A stretch of DNA of 64,000 bases from Oculina patagonica (GCF_052425735.1 NC_135763.1:36890001-36954000); one strand, 5' to 3'. Positions 37,129 to 52,249 are shown, counted from the stretch's first letter. Numbers and translations are program-made. The notes: generated by a model from the sequence alone, not told the origin.

Positions 37129-37767
37129 TCAAGTCACGGGAACGAAAGTTACCACATGTCCCAAACTTGACAAGAAATCCTGCAGCTGAGGACTTGACCC
37201 TGTTGATGCTGACTTCTGTCGTTCATCTGCTTGCAAAATATCTTTCAGCTTGGACGTGCGACTTCTTCTCCTTGCTCTCTTTGACTTTGATGAAACAGGA
37301 GTCGTATCTTGAGTCCTGCTGTCGTTTTGCTTGGCCACAGGGGTGGAGCGTTTTGGTCGAGTTCGTTTGTCACGCGCCTTGCTTGGGTAAAAAGATTGCT
37401 TTCCGCAATGCTTGCAAAATACGCCGACGTGGCTTGAATTACGGGGAAGATTTAAAACTTGCTTCTTGTTTAGATATTTACTAGTATTTTCCTCCGTGCT
37501 CTTATTTTTCTTGTTCTTTTTCCTTCCTCGTTTTGGCTGCATTCTCACACGACAGTTATCCCCCTTGAATATCATGCCACAATGCTCGCAATATTTCATT
37601 GAAAAGTCCTGCGCAACACCATTCAAGCCGTTATCTGCTGAGAGAATTTCGTTCAAGTAATATCTTGACAATTCCGGATTCTCCTCCGAGCATTGTAAGG
37701 CCAGACCCCATAAATGCTGTAAACGACGCTTCAAATTTTGTTTCGTTTCGTTTCGATCGGCCGCCAT
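37129..37767 (-). CDS. C18orf21: Rpr2/Rpp21/Snm1-family zinc-binding protein, C18orf21 (RMP24, RNase MRP subunit)-like, 212 aa, intronless
   Basis: RLQHL..LSRYY; CxxC pairs CEHC and CKHC; DNCRVRMQPK; C-terminal SKLKDIL...LQDFLSSL, matching human C18orf21 as recalled (DNSRVRLKPK, SQLKMLL, FRNFLSSL). Confidence 0.75.
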   Translation of the reverse strand: MAADRNETKQNLKRRLQHLWGLALQCSEENPELSRYYLNEILSADNGLNGVAQDFSMKYCEHCGMIFKGDNCRVRMQPKRGRKKNKKNKSTEENTSKYLNKKQVLNLPRNSSHVGVFCKHCGKQSFYPSKARDKRTRPKRSTPVAKQNDSRTQDTTPVSSKSKRARRRSRTSKLKDILQADERQKSASTGSSPQLQDFLSSLGHVVTFVPVT

Positions 37768-37942
37768 TGCTTTCTTGCTTGACCATCTAGCCGATTAAAC
37801 CTGGGTACTAAAATGTCTCAGTCGCCGAAGATGACCGGAAGTAAGCTCGTAGTCTGTCGGAAATTCCGAGCACTCACCGCTGACCGAAGAGTATGCGCAT
37901 AGCGTTTTGTTTCAAATTCGCGCAAACCGCGGGAAGTGGAAA
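37768..37942. promoter_or_regulatory. compact bidirectional promoter between C18orf21-like and GMPS
   Basis: 175 bp between divergent ATGs; ETS-type CCGGAAGT at 37835-37842, ATGCGCAT at ~37893, AAAATGGCG at the GMPS start. Confidence 0.6.
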
Positions 37943-40900
37943 ATGGCGGCGAACCTTAGCAAAGTTGCTGGAATGGGTTCGTGTATAAACGGTCACGTAG
38001 TGCAAAACGATAGCGCTATGTCAGAAGAACAACTGGGACAGGAAAAAGTGGCTATTCTTGATGCCGGAGCACAATATGGAAAGGTGAGATGACCCTCTTG
38101 CTTCGTTAAAAATTCGATCAAAAATTTAAAGAGCACCGATCAATTTGGTCGTGTTGTTAGTGTATCTGTACTCGTGTCGATTTCGGAACCTTCGACAAAA
38201 TTGTTCTTTTAAGAGTTTGGTTCCTTTGAAGCAGTGGCTCGTGTTCTTTTATAAAATAACATCAGAACAGAAGATTATATTTCAAGATTGCAAACGTCCA
38301 TCAATTTTGGTCTTGAAATTGACCTTGATCATTAAATGTACATGTGCCATTTATCGGACAGGCTTAGTTGGTGACAACGTGTAGATCGTTTAAATCGCTG
38401 CAAAGAAAACTTTTATTGGTACAGATAATAAAAATGTCAGGATACAAAAAGCGTCAGGATATAAAAGTCGGTTTAATTTAAATAAACACACATTTGACTT
38501 TTTGTGTTGAGATGTTAACGTTATAAAATGACGGTTTCGTTTTATAGAACGTGCATCATCGAGTTCCTAACGTCGTTTTGTAGTAATTTTGTGGTTAATG
38601 TTACCAGATAATTTGGAAAATGATCATAGCATCAAACAAGCTTCCACATGTGTATTTCAGCGCAGTGTAACAGGTGTTGCTTGTAATCAAAGAAAGAATC
38701 ATGCTAGTATTTGAAATAAAACAGTGGATGATCAATGAATTTTTTTTTAATCTAATAGATGATAAATTTAAAGTCTTAATTATGGAATGTGATAAAACTG
38801 AATTACTGTATTTGCAATTTGCTGAATCAATTAAAATAAATGGTCTTCAAATATGTCTAAAATTCATTTTTACTCTCAGGGAACATTTAAGCAAGACAGA
38901 CCTATCATAACTTTAGTTTATTTTTATGGTAAATAGAGTTCAATAATTATGGTAAATAAGCAGGGATGTTAAGCTAAGAAAACACTAAGCTGGCTCATCA
39001 ACAAACCCATCTGGCTTTCTGGCCATTTAAGCTCTAAAAGTTTACCAAGTGTTTGTTTTCATGTGAAATTTCAGCAAGATTTAAGTTCTTTTTTTTTTCG
39101 TGTAAAAATAGCCGGCAGCCAGCCCTTAGCAACATCACTGAATAAGAGTACAGTGTACTCTAGTTATCTTTAAAGCCACTCATTAGTACAATGGTAATTT
39201 TTTAGCATATTAGTGTGAGAAAACTAATAAAATTTTAAAGGTAATAACATGAACTTGTTACAACTTCTTTTCAGATTATAGATCGCAGAGTACGAGAACT
39301 ATGCGTTGAGACAGAAATACTTCCTCTAGATACGTCTATATATACTATACGAGAGAGAGGTTTTAGGTGAGATAAAGCTGTTAAAGATTTATTTTTGTAA
39401 GTTTTGATAGCAGTATTTCCAGTCTCTTCATCGTGAAACACAACTGCATCATAAGAAGAAAAAAATCTCTCAAGGACATTCTTTTCAACACAATAAACTT
39501 CCTTCGATCAAACAGCAATCACAAAACCAACAAAAGGTTAAGTCACAACCTTGAAAGGAACTGGCACATGATCACCTCAAACCGACCCCTTTTCAGCGGT
39601 CAAACAATTTCTGCCGATTGTTTTACAATTGGTTTAAAAAAATTTCTGACCACCTGCACTTGATCCATTAAGTTAATTAATCACCCACATTGCAAGTGTA
39701 CATGTAGAAGCCGAGGACTTGTTGACTTTATTAAACAGAATTCCAATAATGTGGACCACTGTGTTCCTAGGGGTAGACTTAGACTTTTTTCTGTTCTCCC
39801 ATGCTTCAAATTTTCTTTTCTTTCCTCTTCCTAGCTCTACTGCCCCTCCTACATGTATGTATTGTTTGGGGGGGTTTTTTTTTGGTGTTTTGGGGGTAAC
39901 TATGTTACTATTGCAATATTGACAGATTTATTGTTAATTATATCTTTTCTTTGCCACATTAGGGCTATAATTATATCTGGAGGTCCAAATAGTGTGTACG
40001 CTGAAGATGCTCCTAAGTATGATCCAGCTATTTTCACCTCTGGACTCCCAGTTTTAGGAATATGCTATGGAATGCAGGTATCAGAAATCAGCTTTAATTA
40101 TACAATTCACCGAGTTTAGTATCATAAAATAGTAGTCAAAGATAGCTAGACCAATCTTGTTAGAAGATTTTGGATCATTAAATTACAGTCATCTCTCGCC
40201 TTGAGGACACTCGCTATTACAGACAAAATCCAGTCCCTGGCGAAAAGGGGTTTGGAATCCCCCTTTTTCCCTCAGAACAAAAAACCGCGGCCCTACTATG
40301 CATGTAAATGTGACTAGTCATTGGACAATTCAAGACAATAAAAATGTTTTAATCAAATTATTCAGTTGTCACAAAATGTCAAATTTGAATGTGTATTTTT
40401 ATTTTCTCTCATTTTCAAATAAGATGCTGAACAAAGAGTTTGGTGGGACTGTAATGAAGAAAGACATCAGAGAGGATGGGCAGTTCAAGATTTCTGTGGA
40501 AACGTCATCAGCACTTTTTAGGTTTGTTTTAACAAAGAAAACTGTTGAAAAAGTTTGATTCTGTAAGTCATGTGAGCACAGGAGACATTGCGGCCATTGA
40601 GCATCTTCTTACCATTGTAACAAGTAAATGTAAGTGTAAATACCAGTACCTTTCCATTTACTAATATTAGTGAAGGAGTAATCCCGGGCCCGGTACTTCC
40701 CAAAATACCTTTACAGGTTGTGATTTTGGGTTCTCGATCTAGAACGGGGGAACCATTTTAAAAGAGACGATTTCTAGAATGGGGTATGATATTTCGAACA
40801 CAAGAAAGTTTTAAATTATCAACAGCCAAAATGGGATGCTAAATAATTGACCTTTTTCTAGAATGGGGTATCATTTCCAATACAAATTCTTTTTTTGAAT

Positions 40901-41501
40901 GGGGTGCTACTTTGGAGCCTGGGAAGCACACACCCAATACATACCTGAGTACCCCCCCCCCCCTCCCTGGGGGAGTAATGGACCACAGTAATTACACTAC
41001 TCCTAGCTTAATGCATGGAAAAGGTGGTACACGTTATCTATTCTTTTTTCCAAGTTTAAATTATGAAAGGAGAAATAAATGATGTAAAGCTAGACATTGA
41101 TATTAATATTTATTTCTTCTGGGTATTTTAGAGGATTACAGTCAGAGCAAGAGGTTTTGTTGACTCATGGAGATTCCATCGACCGAGTTGCTAGTAACTT
41201 AAGGGTTATTGCCAGGTCTGGTGATCTTGTCGCAGGTACTGTAACAAAAAATCACACAATTTTAATTCACACAAATGCTAAGTAGCAACTAATCTTGATC
41301 ATGCCATAGTAGCTCAATGTTTCTCCTAAGAGTAACAACAGTTTTTTTTTTCTGGCAGGAATTGAGGATGAATCACGCAAGTTATATGGAGTACAGTTTC
41401 ATCCAGAAGTAGATCTTACAGAGAATGGCGTAGCAATGTTGAGAAATTTCCTTTATGGTGTAAGTATTAACTGTTTTTAAATACATATCATTATCTTCTT
41501 C

Positions 41502-41532
<31 letters not shown>

Positions 41533-44500
41533 TATCAACATCATCATCATTATTTAATATAAATATTGTAATTACAGTTTACAGAAAGAAACTTAAGTTT
41601 GATTGCTTTTAATTAATTCACATTCTTTCATGTGGAGTTTGGGAGTTTGTAATCAGCCAATCAGAGTTAAGCTCGACTACCATGTGCTCTTGTCTGTGTT
41701 TGGTTTTTCAACATGGCTGTACAGTTTGATGCACCATTGTTAGAATAAAACCCTCTTGTTGTGTTTACCGGATGTGGTCTCTTACAGAGTTGATCCAATC
41801 AGAAGTCCACTGGAAGCCATCCTTGGCTTCTATTTGGATAATGAGTACATGAAAAATTTAAATTAACTACAAGTTTGGTTGACAACTCTGATAAATGTTG
41901 TTTGAGTACTAATTTTTCAAAATTGTGTGCAGTATTCACAATATTTGTAGTTATGCCCTTATTTAATTTTCAACAATTTTTTTGGAGTCTTCCTGCATGT
42001 ATTCTTAGCAATTTTAAGATTCCTGTCAATTATTTCCTATTTCCTGTTTATGTGGACAATGTGAGTTGTCACCTCCTATTTGTGTATGCAAGTTTAAAAA
42101 AGAGTGATTCAGTAAATGTTGAATTTAAGTTCTAATGCTTTATTTTTTAACTGTCACCAGGTTGTAGGATGTTGTGGAACATACACTGTTGACAGCAGAT
42201 TAGACTCATGTATTCAGCAAATTAAAAAGAATGTTGGCAACATGAATGTTTTAGTAAGTACAACTTTCAAGCACAAATTTGTAGTTCCATACCTCCCCCC
42301 AGAGGGGGTTTATACTAGGACCCTCCACCCAGCCCTCTGGAATTTCCAATTTAGCCTCATACACATTTCCTTAAAGTTTTTGGCCTTTCAGACCCCTCCA
42401 ACCCCTAGGAATTTCCAATCTCATCTGTGGGGGAAGTATGGACATTTTTCTGGAACCACACAATGTAAGAGTGAAGAGTATTTGTTGAGACTTTGCACAG
42501 CTAGTGTGAAAATTATGATCCAATCTCCCTCTTGGCCGAGGCATAGTTGCCTAATGGTTAGTGTGCTGGACTCCAGGGCCGGGTTGTTCAAAGCACGATT
42601 AAGCTAATCCAGGATTAGCGTGAAATTTGGTTTCAATTTTTTAACATTTCTTTGAGGCTTTGAGTTTTGAATTTTTTAACATTTCTTTGAGGCTTTGAGC
42701 TTTGAGTTTTGACGTGGACCAATCTCAAACTTCACATAACATTAGCTATGGAAAACCCTTCTTAACAAGAGAAATTAAAACCTCGATCATCTTTTAATCC
42801 TGGGTTAGCCTTAATCGCCTTTCGAACAACCCGGCCCAGATTGAGAGGTCTGGGTTTAGGCCCTGGCTCACATCATTTCTTTGTGTTCTTGGACAAGACA
42901 CATAAATCTCCCAGTGCCTCTCCCCACCTTAGGGTATACCGGTAAATGGATACCAAAACATTTATGCTGGGTATAATCCTGTATTGGACTACCGTCCTAT
43001 CCAAGAAGAAGTAGATGTATTCCTAGTTGCTTAATGCTACAGATACCTGCATAAGCTCCGGCCTGGAGGGCAACCACATGTAGGCACAAAGACAGTCTTT
43101 GCCGAACAAATAAGACAGTTTGAATATTCTTTCAGGTGCTAGTGAGTGGAGGAGTGGATTCAACAGTTTGCGCTGCCCTGCTTCACAAGGTCAGTTAATA
43201 TGTGATTGTACACTTAACATTTGGTTTCAAAACAAGTTTGAATATGTGCACTTACCATGCATTGTTCAATGCTTTGTGAAATAAACCAACCAAAAAAGTC
43301 TTTTGCTTCAATCATGGTCAACCTACGATAGGCATAGACTCGATTACCCGTCACTGTTTGGGAAAATGATCCTGTGCTTGAACCTGCGGCTGGCATGCAT
43401 CCAGCACTCTCTTAATGGAGAGGAATGGAGACTGGATGCAATAGAGCAGGGGAAATTGAGTCTAGTTTCTATGTCAACTGTTGCCCTTCCCTTTACATGT
43501 ACATCCGATTGAAACTTGTTCCTTTGTTGGTGAATTATACCAACAACCCAGACAAAATCACCAGTAACTTCAAGACCCCATCAAGAATACTCAGCTGTAG
43601 CATTGAAACAAGTGTTACATAAATCTGACTCCATACATCAGGGGAATGTTTGCTGGTGGAGGATTAATAAACAAGAAGAGCTTTTCATGAGTGCCAGTGC
43701 CACGTCCAGCTCTTTTGAGTTCCACCAAACATCCACAAGTGTTTCTAAACCCATTTATTTTTTTTCTCTTAATTTGCTCATGCTACAGTAGCAGGAGGGC
43801 ATTTTGCGTGCGCATGCGTCGATATGGGCTAGTGCGCACGACAGAGAAGTTCTGCTATCGATTGTTTACATATTTTCACAATTTATGGCCTAATTTTCAG
43901 CTCAAAATAAAAGGTGTTTTAAGTTTTATATGCTGTATACGATCCTAAGAGTCCTTGCTTTATCTTCTGACAACAACAAGCATACTTTGGTGTCGGCGTG
44001 CCGTTTATCTGATCGACTTTGGCTATGTGTATTAAACATTGCGCGTGGACAAAATGGCGACCGAATGTCGAGAACCTAAATACCTTGCCCATGTTTTTAA
44101 TAGCTGGGAGATCTTAACGGACAAAGCGCTACGGCTACTTAGTACTAAAATATAAAACAGCAGTTTTATCTATACGATGTTATAATCAAGTATCCCGGGT
44201 TTGAGCGAGTGGTCATGATTTTGTTCAGATTTTTCATAAAACTGCAATTTCATCGTTCTCACGATGCAAAAATCTCAAAATCTAATCTTGATCTCCAGCG
44301 TCTACCGATGATATATGGAGCCTGAAGTACTTAAACTATCGTCTAATGCTGCGAAGGTAGCGTTAAAAAATGGTCTATTGTGGTAATTTTAAGCTTTCTT
44401 TAACGTACGTTCTCGCTGGTTTATTCTAACAGAGAAACTATCGTTTGTGATTATTTCCTTAAACTTAAGCATTGGTCAAAATAACTTCATATTTCGATGT

Positions 44501-47500
44501 ACCACAATTATTCCGTTGAACAAGAAAAGAATTACTGAGATCGGTCTTAATTTTAAAGTGTTATGGTAATTCTTTGCTGGTAGACTATTTGTTTACATTT
44601 TACTATGTTAATTAGTACATTTTTGGCTCCTTTATCAAAATCTAGCCTTGATCACCAGTCAAAAAATAGCATGAAACAAACAAGCGATATATATATTTTT
44701 CAGAAACGTTCTAATAACTGCTGCATAAAATGTCTTAAGAAATAATTTTTAACTTTAAAATTTAATATTTTCAAATTTTCATTCAACGTTTGTTTCTTTA
44801 AGATTGATGTTCGTTCTGTTCTAACGACTGTTTTACTTCTGTGTCGCCTAAATGTGATTTAAAGAACTGCAGTTCTTGTTCCAGGAAACCCTGTTTGCCA
44901 GTCGAGGGCAAGTTGGCTGTGCTTTAGAGTCATCAGTGAGCTGCATTATCATGTGCAGAACACCCAAACATGTCTTTCCCCTCAGGGAAAACCCTTTTCT
45001 TTGGTGGTCGTCCCTTTAGGCAAAAAATCTCCCGACAAGCTATAATATTGCTCGCACTCTGCCTGTATTACAGCAGTTGATTTGATGTGAAGTTTTGATC
45101 CTAATATATCACACTCCAGCACACGAATAAATGTTTTCCTCTTTTTACGGCCTGTTTGATTTTTGTCGGTGAAGGCTTTCCTAACTGTCCCACATATTTT
45201 CCTATTATTTGCAACAACGATCCCGAAGCAGGCCAGAAAATCTGCTTTATAAGAGCCTTGCCACACACAAAACACTTTTTCTTAGCGAAATTTACGTCTA
45301 GATTAAATTATGTGACGATAAACAGTACAAAAAACAAAGTTTGAATCTTCCGCGCCATTTTTATTCCCAAGATCACGCGATCTTTGTACAGCGGTTGCAC
45401 GCATGCGCCCGCAAAATGCCCTCCTGCTTGCTACAGTAAAAACCCGCGTGTAAGAACCTAGGGATTTAAGAACCGTCTGGCAGAAATTTGCTTTTTTAAT
45501 ACCCCAAAATATAAGAACCTGTTTAGCCAAACAAATTCCAACAGGTTCTTATATGTGGGATTTAACTATTTAATTTATTTATATTTTTTTACCAAAAACC
45601 AAAAAGATACTGCAGTACTGTATCATTGATCAATTAATGTTGTTGGACTTTTGGCAACATGGGTACATTATTATTTAATAAATATATTTTATAATGAAGA
45701 ACAGACCAGATTTTATACTTTTTTCTGATAATCAACAACAATGTCTACTCTGTAGAAATTAAGAACCTAATTAAGAACCTACTTAGCCTCAACTGCCAAT
45801 AAGTACCCCATAATACAAGAACCTGTTTTGCCAAACTCTGAAAAAAGTAGGTTCTTACACGCGGGTTTTTACTGTATTTCTTTTATGGCATTTTAACAGT
45901 TTTTTGGTTGATGGGTCTTTCCCAACCAAGAAAAGTGGGTGTAAAGTTGTGTTATTTATTTTCAGGCCCTTCCACATGAACAAGTTGTAGCTGTACATAT
46001 TGACAATGGGTTTATGAGAAAAAATGAAAGTCAAGAAGTGGAGGAATCCCTTAAAAGATTAGGACTTAGATTAAAAGGTAACTGCATACTCCACTACTGC
46101 AATGAAACAGTTTTTGACAACAAGATTGGAAAATGGAGTCACTGTCCTATTTTTGTCTAGTTAACTGCTCCTTTATACGCGACTTTTGGAATTCAGTCTT
46201 ACTCCGGTGGAATAGTCAAAATAACGACAATTACAATTTTGATGAATTAGGAATAATGTACGGCTATAATCCCGGAAGTTCTGGCTCCTATATCTTTAAT
46301 TATTATATTCTACTTAGCAAAAGACATGTCTTTCTACAAAAATATGAGCACAAAATTAATTACCTTATCTCCTTCTTTTTCTTGAGTTAGTAAAAGAAAA
46401 AATGTTTATTCAAAGATCAATCGCACATGCCAAAGGACAAAAAGAAAATTTTTTGAACTTATGGAAGCCTTTACTGACAATAATTTAGTTAATAATTTAG
46501 TTACAATAGTTACCTAAAAAGTGTATCGCATTGTTACCAGTCACACACTTGTTATAGGTTACTTTTTATGATTTTGTCAGCGGATAACTTGCTTGGACAT
46601 TTGCTCATTGGACAAGTGAGCACAAAACTTTTCTTGCCTTTCAGGAAAGGCGACTTGTTTTGGACAACCTGACATCATTTTTTTCAAACCCTGCAGAGGA
46701 AACCTCGACAAAATTTATGGACATAATATAAACGTATTCTGATTTTAACTATCAAGTCAGTTTCTCTTTGTTTTGTTTCCTCCACAGTTGTAAATGCTGC
46801 ATATAGGTTTTATAACAGTACAACTGTAATATCTGGCAGAAAAGATCAATCAGCTGTAAAGAAACAAGTCACTAAAACCTTGAACGTGACTGCCGACCCT
46901 GAAGAAAAGAGAAGGATTATAGGAGATACTTTCATCAAGGTTGGATTGATTTTTAATGATACAAAATATTATCATTATGATATTGACTGTTGTTATATTA
47001 TTCTTTTATTATATCGTCAGATAGAAAATTCTGTAGTGGATATCACGCCTGACTAGTAACAGGGAGACGCGGGTTCGAATCCTGCTCGGGGCACGTAATT
47101 TTTCTTTCATTTCAGAGACGTGTGTCGAAAGCCTTCTGTAATTTATTTATTTCTACCTTCTACATAGAAAATTCATAAAACATCTTTAAATATGAAGCCT
47201 TTTGATTTTAACTGTGTACTAATTATGTGTTTTCAGGTTGCTAATGAAACTTGTAAGGAGTTTCATCTTGATGAGAGTAATACATACCTGGCACAAGGTA
47301 AGGTTTGAAACTCTTGTGGTTCTAACCTTCTCGAACACATAAATAATCCATCAAGTTAAAACAAAGAAAATCATAATCGTGAACGATTAGCATAGCATAG
47401 ATTTTTGGATTTTATTTCTCTGTTTACTCCGTTTCAACTCGCTTTTTGGTATTTGGAAATGTAATAAGACACTCTCTGGCAAGTTACGTGACAGTTCACA

Positions 47501-50500
47501 GTAATCTTCCCCTTAATACTACCTTATTATAGGAAATTAACGCTTGTGTAAATTAAGGTATTTGAAATTAACGCGACTTAAATTAACGCGAATCTAAAGA
47601 AATTTACTTTCCAATAAAGGAAATTAATGCGAAAGAGAGCGTAACATTTCAAAATGAAGGAAATTCATGCGACGTCCACAAAGAAAAACACTTGTTAAAA
47701 AAAAAGGAACAAGTTTATTTCAACACTAGGCGTATAATCCGAGACGGAAACAATGTTCGTAACACTAAACCCAGACGTATTAGTTAAGCGAAGGAAATCT
47801 GACCGCTTCGAGCTTTCACCCCGAAGAAATAATGCTTTTTCCTAGGAGATAAGAACGTCTGGACTGTATCAAAAATTGGGGCCAAAATAATGGAAATTAA
47901 GGTCACAGAAATTAACGCTCCACTTAATTAACGGCGCGGAAATTAACGTTAACAAAAATTAACGCGACTTAAATTAACGCGAATTTTGGAAATTCGCGCT
48001 AATTTCATGACGCGTTTATTTCCTATAATAAGGTATTTTCTACTTGTATTGTCAAGCTGTTTTAATAACTATTGTTTTCTGTTGCTGCTGTATTCATTTG
48101 TAGGTACCCTTCGACCTGATCTTATTGAAAGTGCATCATCACTAGCAAGCAACAAGGCAGAAGCCATCAAGACTCACCATAATGACACAGATTTTGTGCG
48201 AAATTTAAGAGCACAGGTAAGCACAGGGTTCAAAATAATTTGTTGGCTTTTTTTGTCAAGGCTCATTTTTTCCTGGCTGTTAGAAAGCTATGCATTTTCA
48301 AGGGACACAATCCATCTGCATACATAACTTACCCAGATGCATTCTGGGGCGATTTCAAACACAGTCGTCCAACGTCCATTTGCAAGTTTTCCGAAGTGAT
48401 ACAGCAAAGCAAAAGAATGGATTGGAGCAATGTGACTTCTTTTCTTATTTTGAATGTTTGAGAAGCAAATAAGATCTTCAATATAATTTTCTGGAGGGAC
48501 ACAATACCTGAGAAGGTCAGGCAGCCCGTAAAACTAGAAGTTTTCGTTAACAAAGATGAAATGTTGGTTGCATTAGTGACCAGTGAGTTGCCCTTTCTAG
48601 CCCTGTAGCTGCTTTATTTTCTGATGTGAAATGTTTACTTCAACATTACCGCAACTTTGATTTCAGTTGGCCGATCAAGGCATGATATTTTCTATTTCTT
48701 CAGTGAAAAGTAGCCGGCAAGTGTCGTCAGAGTGCCGGCTACCGCCAACAGCTGGCTGCTATTTTGAACTCTGTGAGCAGTAACATTTGGCACTTTTTAA
48801 AGTGACAGTATCTTGCACATAATGTTTATGTCGCTGCGCCTCTCTGTACATGTATGTGGGGTGTACATGGGTACTGACAAACTGTCAAAATGCTGGGGGA
48901 AACCTGAAAATGACAAGAACCTCCATGTTTTTGGGGAGCAGGGATGGTGCAGTGGTGAGAGCACTCACCCCCCACCAATGTGAAGTGAGTTCAAATCTCA
49001 GACCCAGCGTCAACTCATAACAGGGCGGTCATTATTTTTTTTAAAAAAAAGCAGCCATAAGTGTAATGTAAAACTAATTGACATCTTCACCTATAACATT
49101 GAGTGAACTATTTAGGTTGAGTTTGTTGTTGGTTCTTGCCCTTGCTCCAAGGGTTATTCTCCAGTTTCTCTGGTTCCCCCCCCCCCCCCCCCTCCTACAA
49201 ACACCAACACTTTATTTATTCATTTTTCTTACTTATATTTATTTATTTGTTTTTTTTTTTTAATCCAGTATAATAGAGGNNNNNNNNNNNNNNNNNNNNN
49301 NNNNNNNNNNNNNNNNNNNNNNNNNNNNNNNNNNNNNNNNNNNNNNNNNNNNNNNNNNNNNNNNNNNNNNNNNNNNNNNNNNNNNNNNNNNNNNNNNNNN
49401 NNNNNNNNNNNNNNNNNNNNNNNNNNNNNNNNNNNNNNNNNNNNNNNNNNNNNNNNNNNNNNNNCCTGCTCTTACTAATTTTAACTGTTGTATATTTTTC
49501 ACAGGGCAGAGTTATTGAACCGTTGGCAGATTTCCACAAAGATGAAGTCAGAGCGCTTGGAAGAGAGCTGGGTTTACCAGCAGACATTGTTCGCAGACAT
49601 CCATTTCCTGGTCAGTTTTTAAAATCATTTTTAAAAGGGACTGTGTCACGGCTGAGTTAATTTTTTTTATCAAGTTTTGCCAAATACTTGCTTTGAAACT
49701 TAATGTTTGCAAAGAAAATGCTTCTATGTATCAAAATAATAAAACAATAGCTTCATTGAAACCAATTATGTCTTCCCGGCGTTACAATTTAAAGTTACAA
49801 GCAAACAAGATTAACTTTGAGAACTATACAGTCCAACAATATTTCAAAAATCCATATCACAATCCGTTTCAATCATCGTCACTATTGGCCATCCGTACCT
49901 TCTTTTGTATTTGCTGTGTTACTGAAACGTTCCTTCACTGTTATAAGGGGTTATTTTATTTATAGTTCATCGAATTTGATGGTTATTTCCCATGCCTAAA
50001 TTTGGCTAAAATCCGTGACACAGTCCTTTAAACTCGTTCACTTTTATTGCAATTTGTGTATTAATTTTACTGGGCATACCATACGCTACGTCTTAATATG
50101 TAGGGTCGTCCACTTTGTCCAATGTACTCATCTAGTTGTTGTTATTTTTTCTTTTTTGGCTCAGGTCCCGGCCTCGCTATTCGAATCATTTGTGGTGATG
50201 AACCTTATCAGGGCGAGGATTTTGCTGAGACAAACATCATTCTCGGACAGATCGTAGACTATGTTACTGCTGTTAAAAAGGTGGGGCATATGGGTGAAAT
50301 TAATTTATTTTAAGCTATTCAAGTTCGTAGCCCGAGGAAAGAAACTGTGACTAATCAATAGGTAAGGCTAGTTAGACTTTCTCAAAGTCGTTCGCTTCGC
50401 TTTTCCGGTTTAGTAGTAGACCCTTCAGCTCTCGTGCTCTGTGAGCTCGACTTGTAGGCAGGTCTAAAGGCTAGTTCCTTTACGTCTCGTATTAAGACGT

Positions 50501-52207
50501 AAAGGCAGTATAGTGTAATATATCAGCTACAGTATATAATAATTAAATCTACCAGCCTCAAACTTGAGTATTACTACACTAGAGAGTGAAAACACTGAAT
50601 ACTGAATACTAAATCATTTAAGCGTTAGCAAAGACTTAGAGTAACTACGCTAGTAGACTGTCCGTTAGCAAAACTACCCGTTGGCTAAACGACCGGTAAT
50701 CGAAAAAGCCTCATACTAACTCAAGACCATCTGTGTCTCTGATGTGTCAAAATGGACAATTTCTTGTTGCTATGTGAAATTCTGTGAACGGTTGTGTAGA
50801 TTGGGTATTTTTCAAGTGCCACCAGTAAAGAAAAAATTCCGCAAGAAATCCTCTTTGACCCAGATAATAAACCCTTGCCAACCTCGTTATTAAAATGCGA
50901 TGAGTGATTGTGAACTTTTGTGAAAACTCTGACATTTTTGTAATAAACTTCAACAATTGCTTAGTAATTGACATTTGCTGCATTTCTTTGTTTGCTGTTT
51001 AGCCACATTCGCTGTTCAGTCGAGTCAAACTCAGTACATCAGAAGAAGACAGAGAGACGCTGCAACAGATTACATCAAAATACAAAATAGGTGCCACTCT
51101 CCTGCCAATCAAGTCAGTGGGTGTCCAAGGAGACGGACGGACATACAGCTATGTTGTCGCTCTATCAAGTAACGATACACCCGACTGGAAATCGCTTATT
51201 TTCCTCGCAAAACTGATTCCCAAAGTGTGTCATAACATCAACAGGTAATGCCTTTTGTTAAACTGCGCACTTGGGTTATCTCACCATTACACACCAATTT
51301 GCGTTGCTTAGTTATCTAAAAATCATTTTAAATTTAATTTGCACAGCAGAATTTGTGTCCTAATTTCGTTAACGCTTTTGTTTCGAGCTGGGTACATGGT
51401 ACCACGCTTTCTGGGCGTCTTGTTCCCTTTCCCATCAGAAAAACACACCAAACTAAAATAATCTGACCTTTGTTCGGATAGGGCATCCATTTGTTCATCT
51501 GAGTTTTGAATGGCTTTGTTTGGCTTATTTCAGTTATTGGTCCACAAACTCCATGCAGCATGAAGAGCGAAAATGTTACCTTGTTGGCCAATTAGATACA
51601 AAAGCAAAAGCATCTATGAATTGGCTTACGCAACTTTCCCGTGCTTCCCACGAGCTGCATATTTTTTCCGCGTTTATCGCCGGTGACGTGTTTTCCTGCG
51701 CTTTCTGGCGGGAAAACCTTAACTTCTGATTGGTTTATAATTTAATTTACCGCCATTGCGATTGGCTGTTTGTTTCTTTTGGTCTAATTATTTATCAGAA
51801 AACCACTCTAGGAGACTGAAAAAATGATTTTGAGAATTTTTTACACTTTTAGTCACATCTTTATTGCAACATTTTTAACCTCACACCATTTGTTTGCTTC
51901 TCGTTCTTTCAGAGTTTGTTACACATTTGGGAAGAGAATCAAGTTCCAGATACAAGACGTCACTCCCACATTTTTGTCACCAGGAGTAATAAGCACTTTA
52001 AGACAAGCAGATCATGTAGCGTACTCTGTAGTTCAAAAACATGGTAAGGAAATACGCATGGTCAAAATTTCATTCAGCCTTAAATCAAGACTATACTTAT
52101 TAACCGAGAGTGAGGTCTTTACGGGTTTTGGTTTTTTTGGGGGGGGGTTTGGGTTTTTTTGGGTTTATTTTTTTTTTTTTTTTTTTTTAAAATATAAAAG
52201 CCCCTTT

Positions 52208-52249
<42 letters not shown>

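Noticed and set aside
43214-43760. Coding-like composition in GMPS intron 8
   Set aside because: Multiple stops in the frames I read and no recognisable domain
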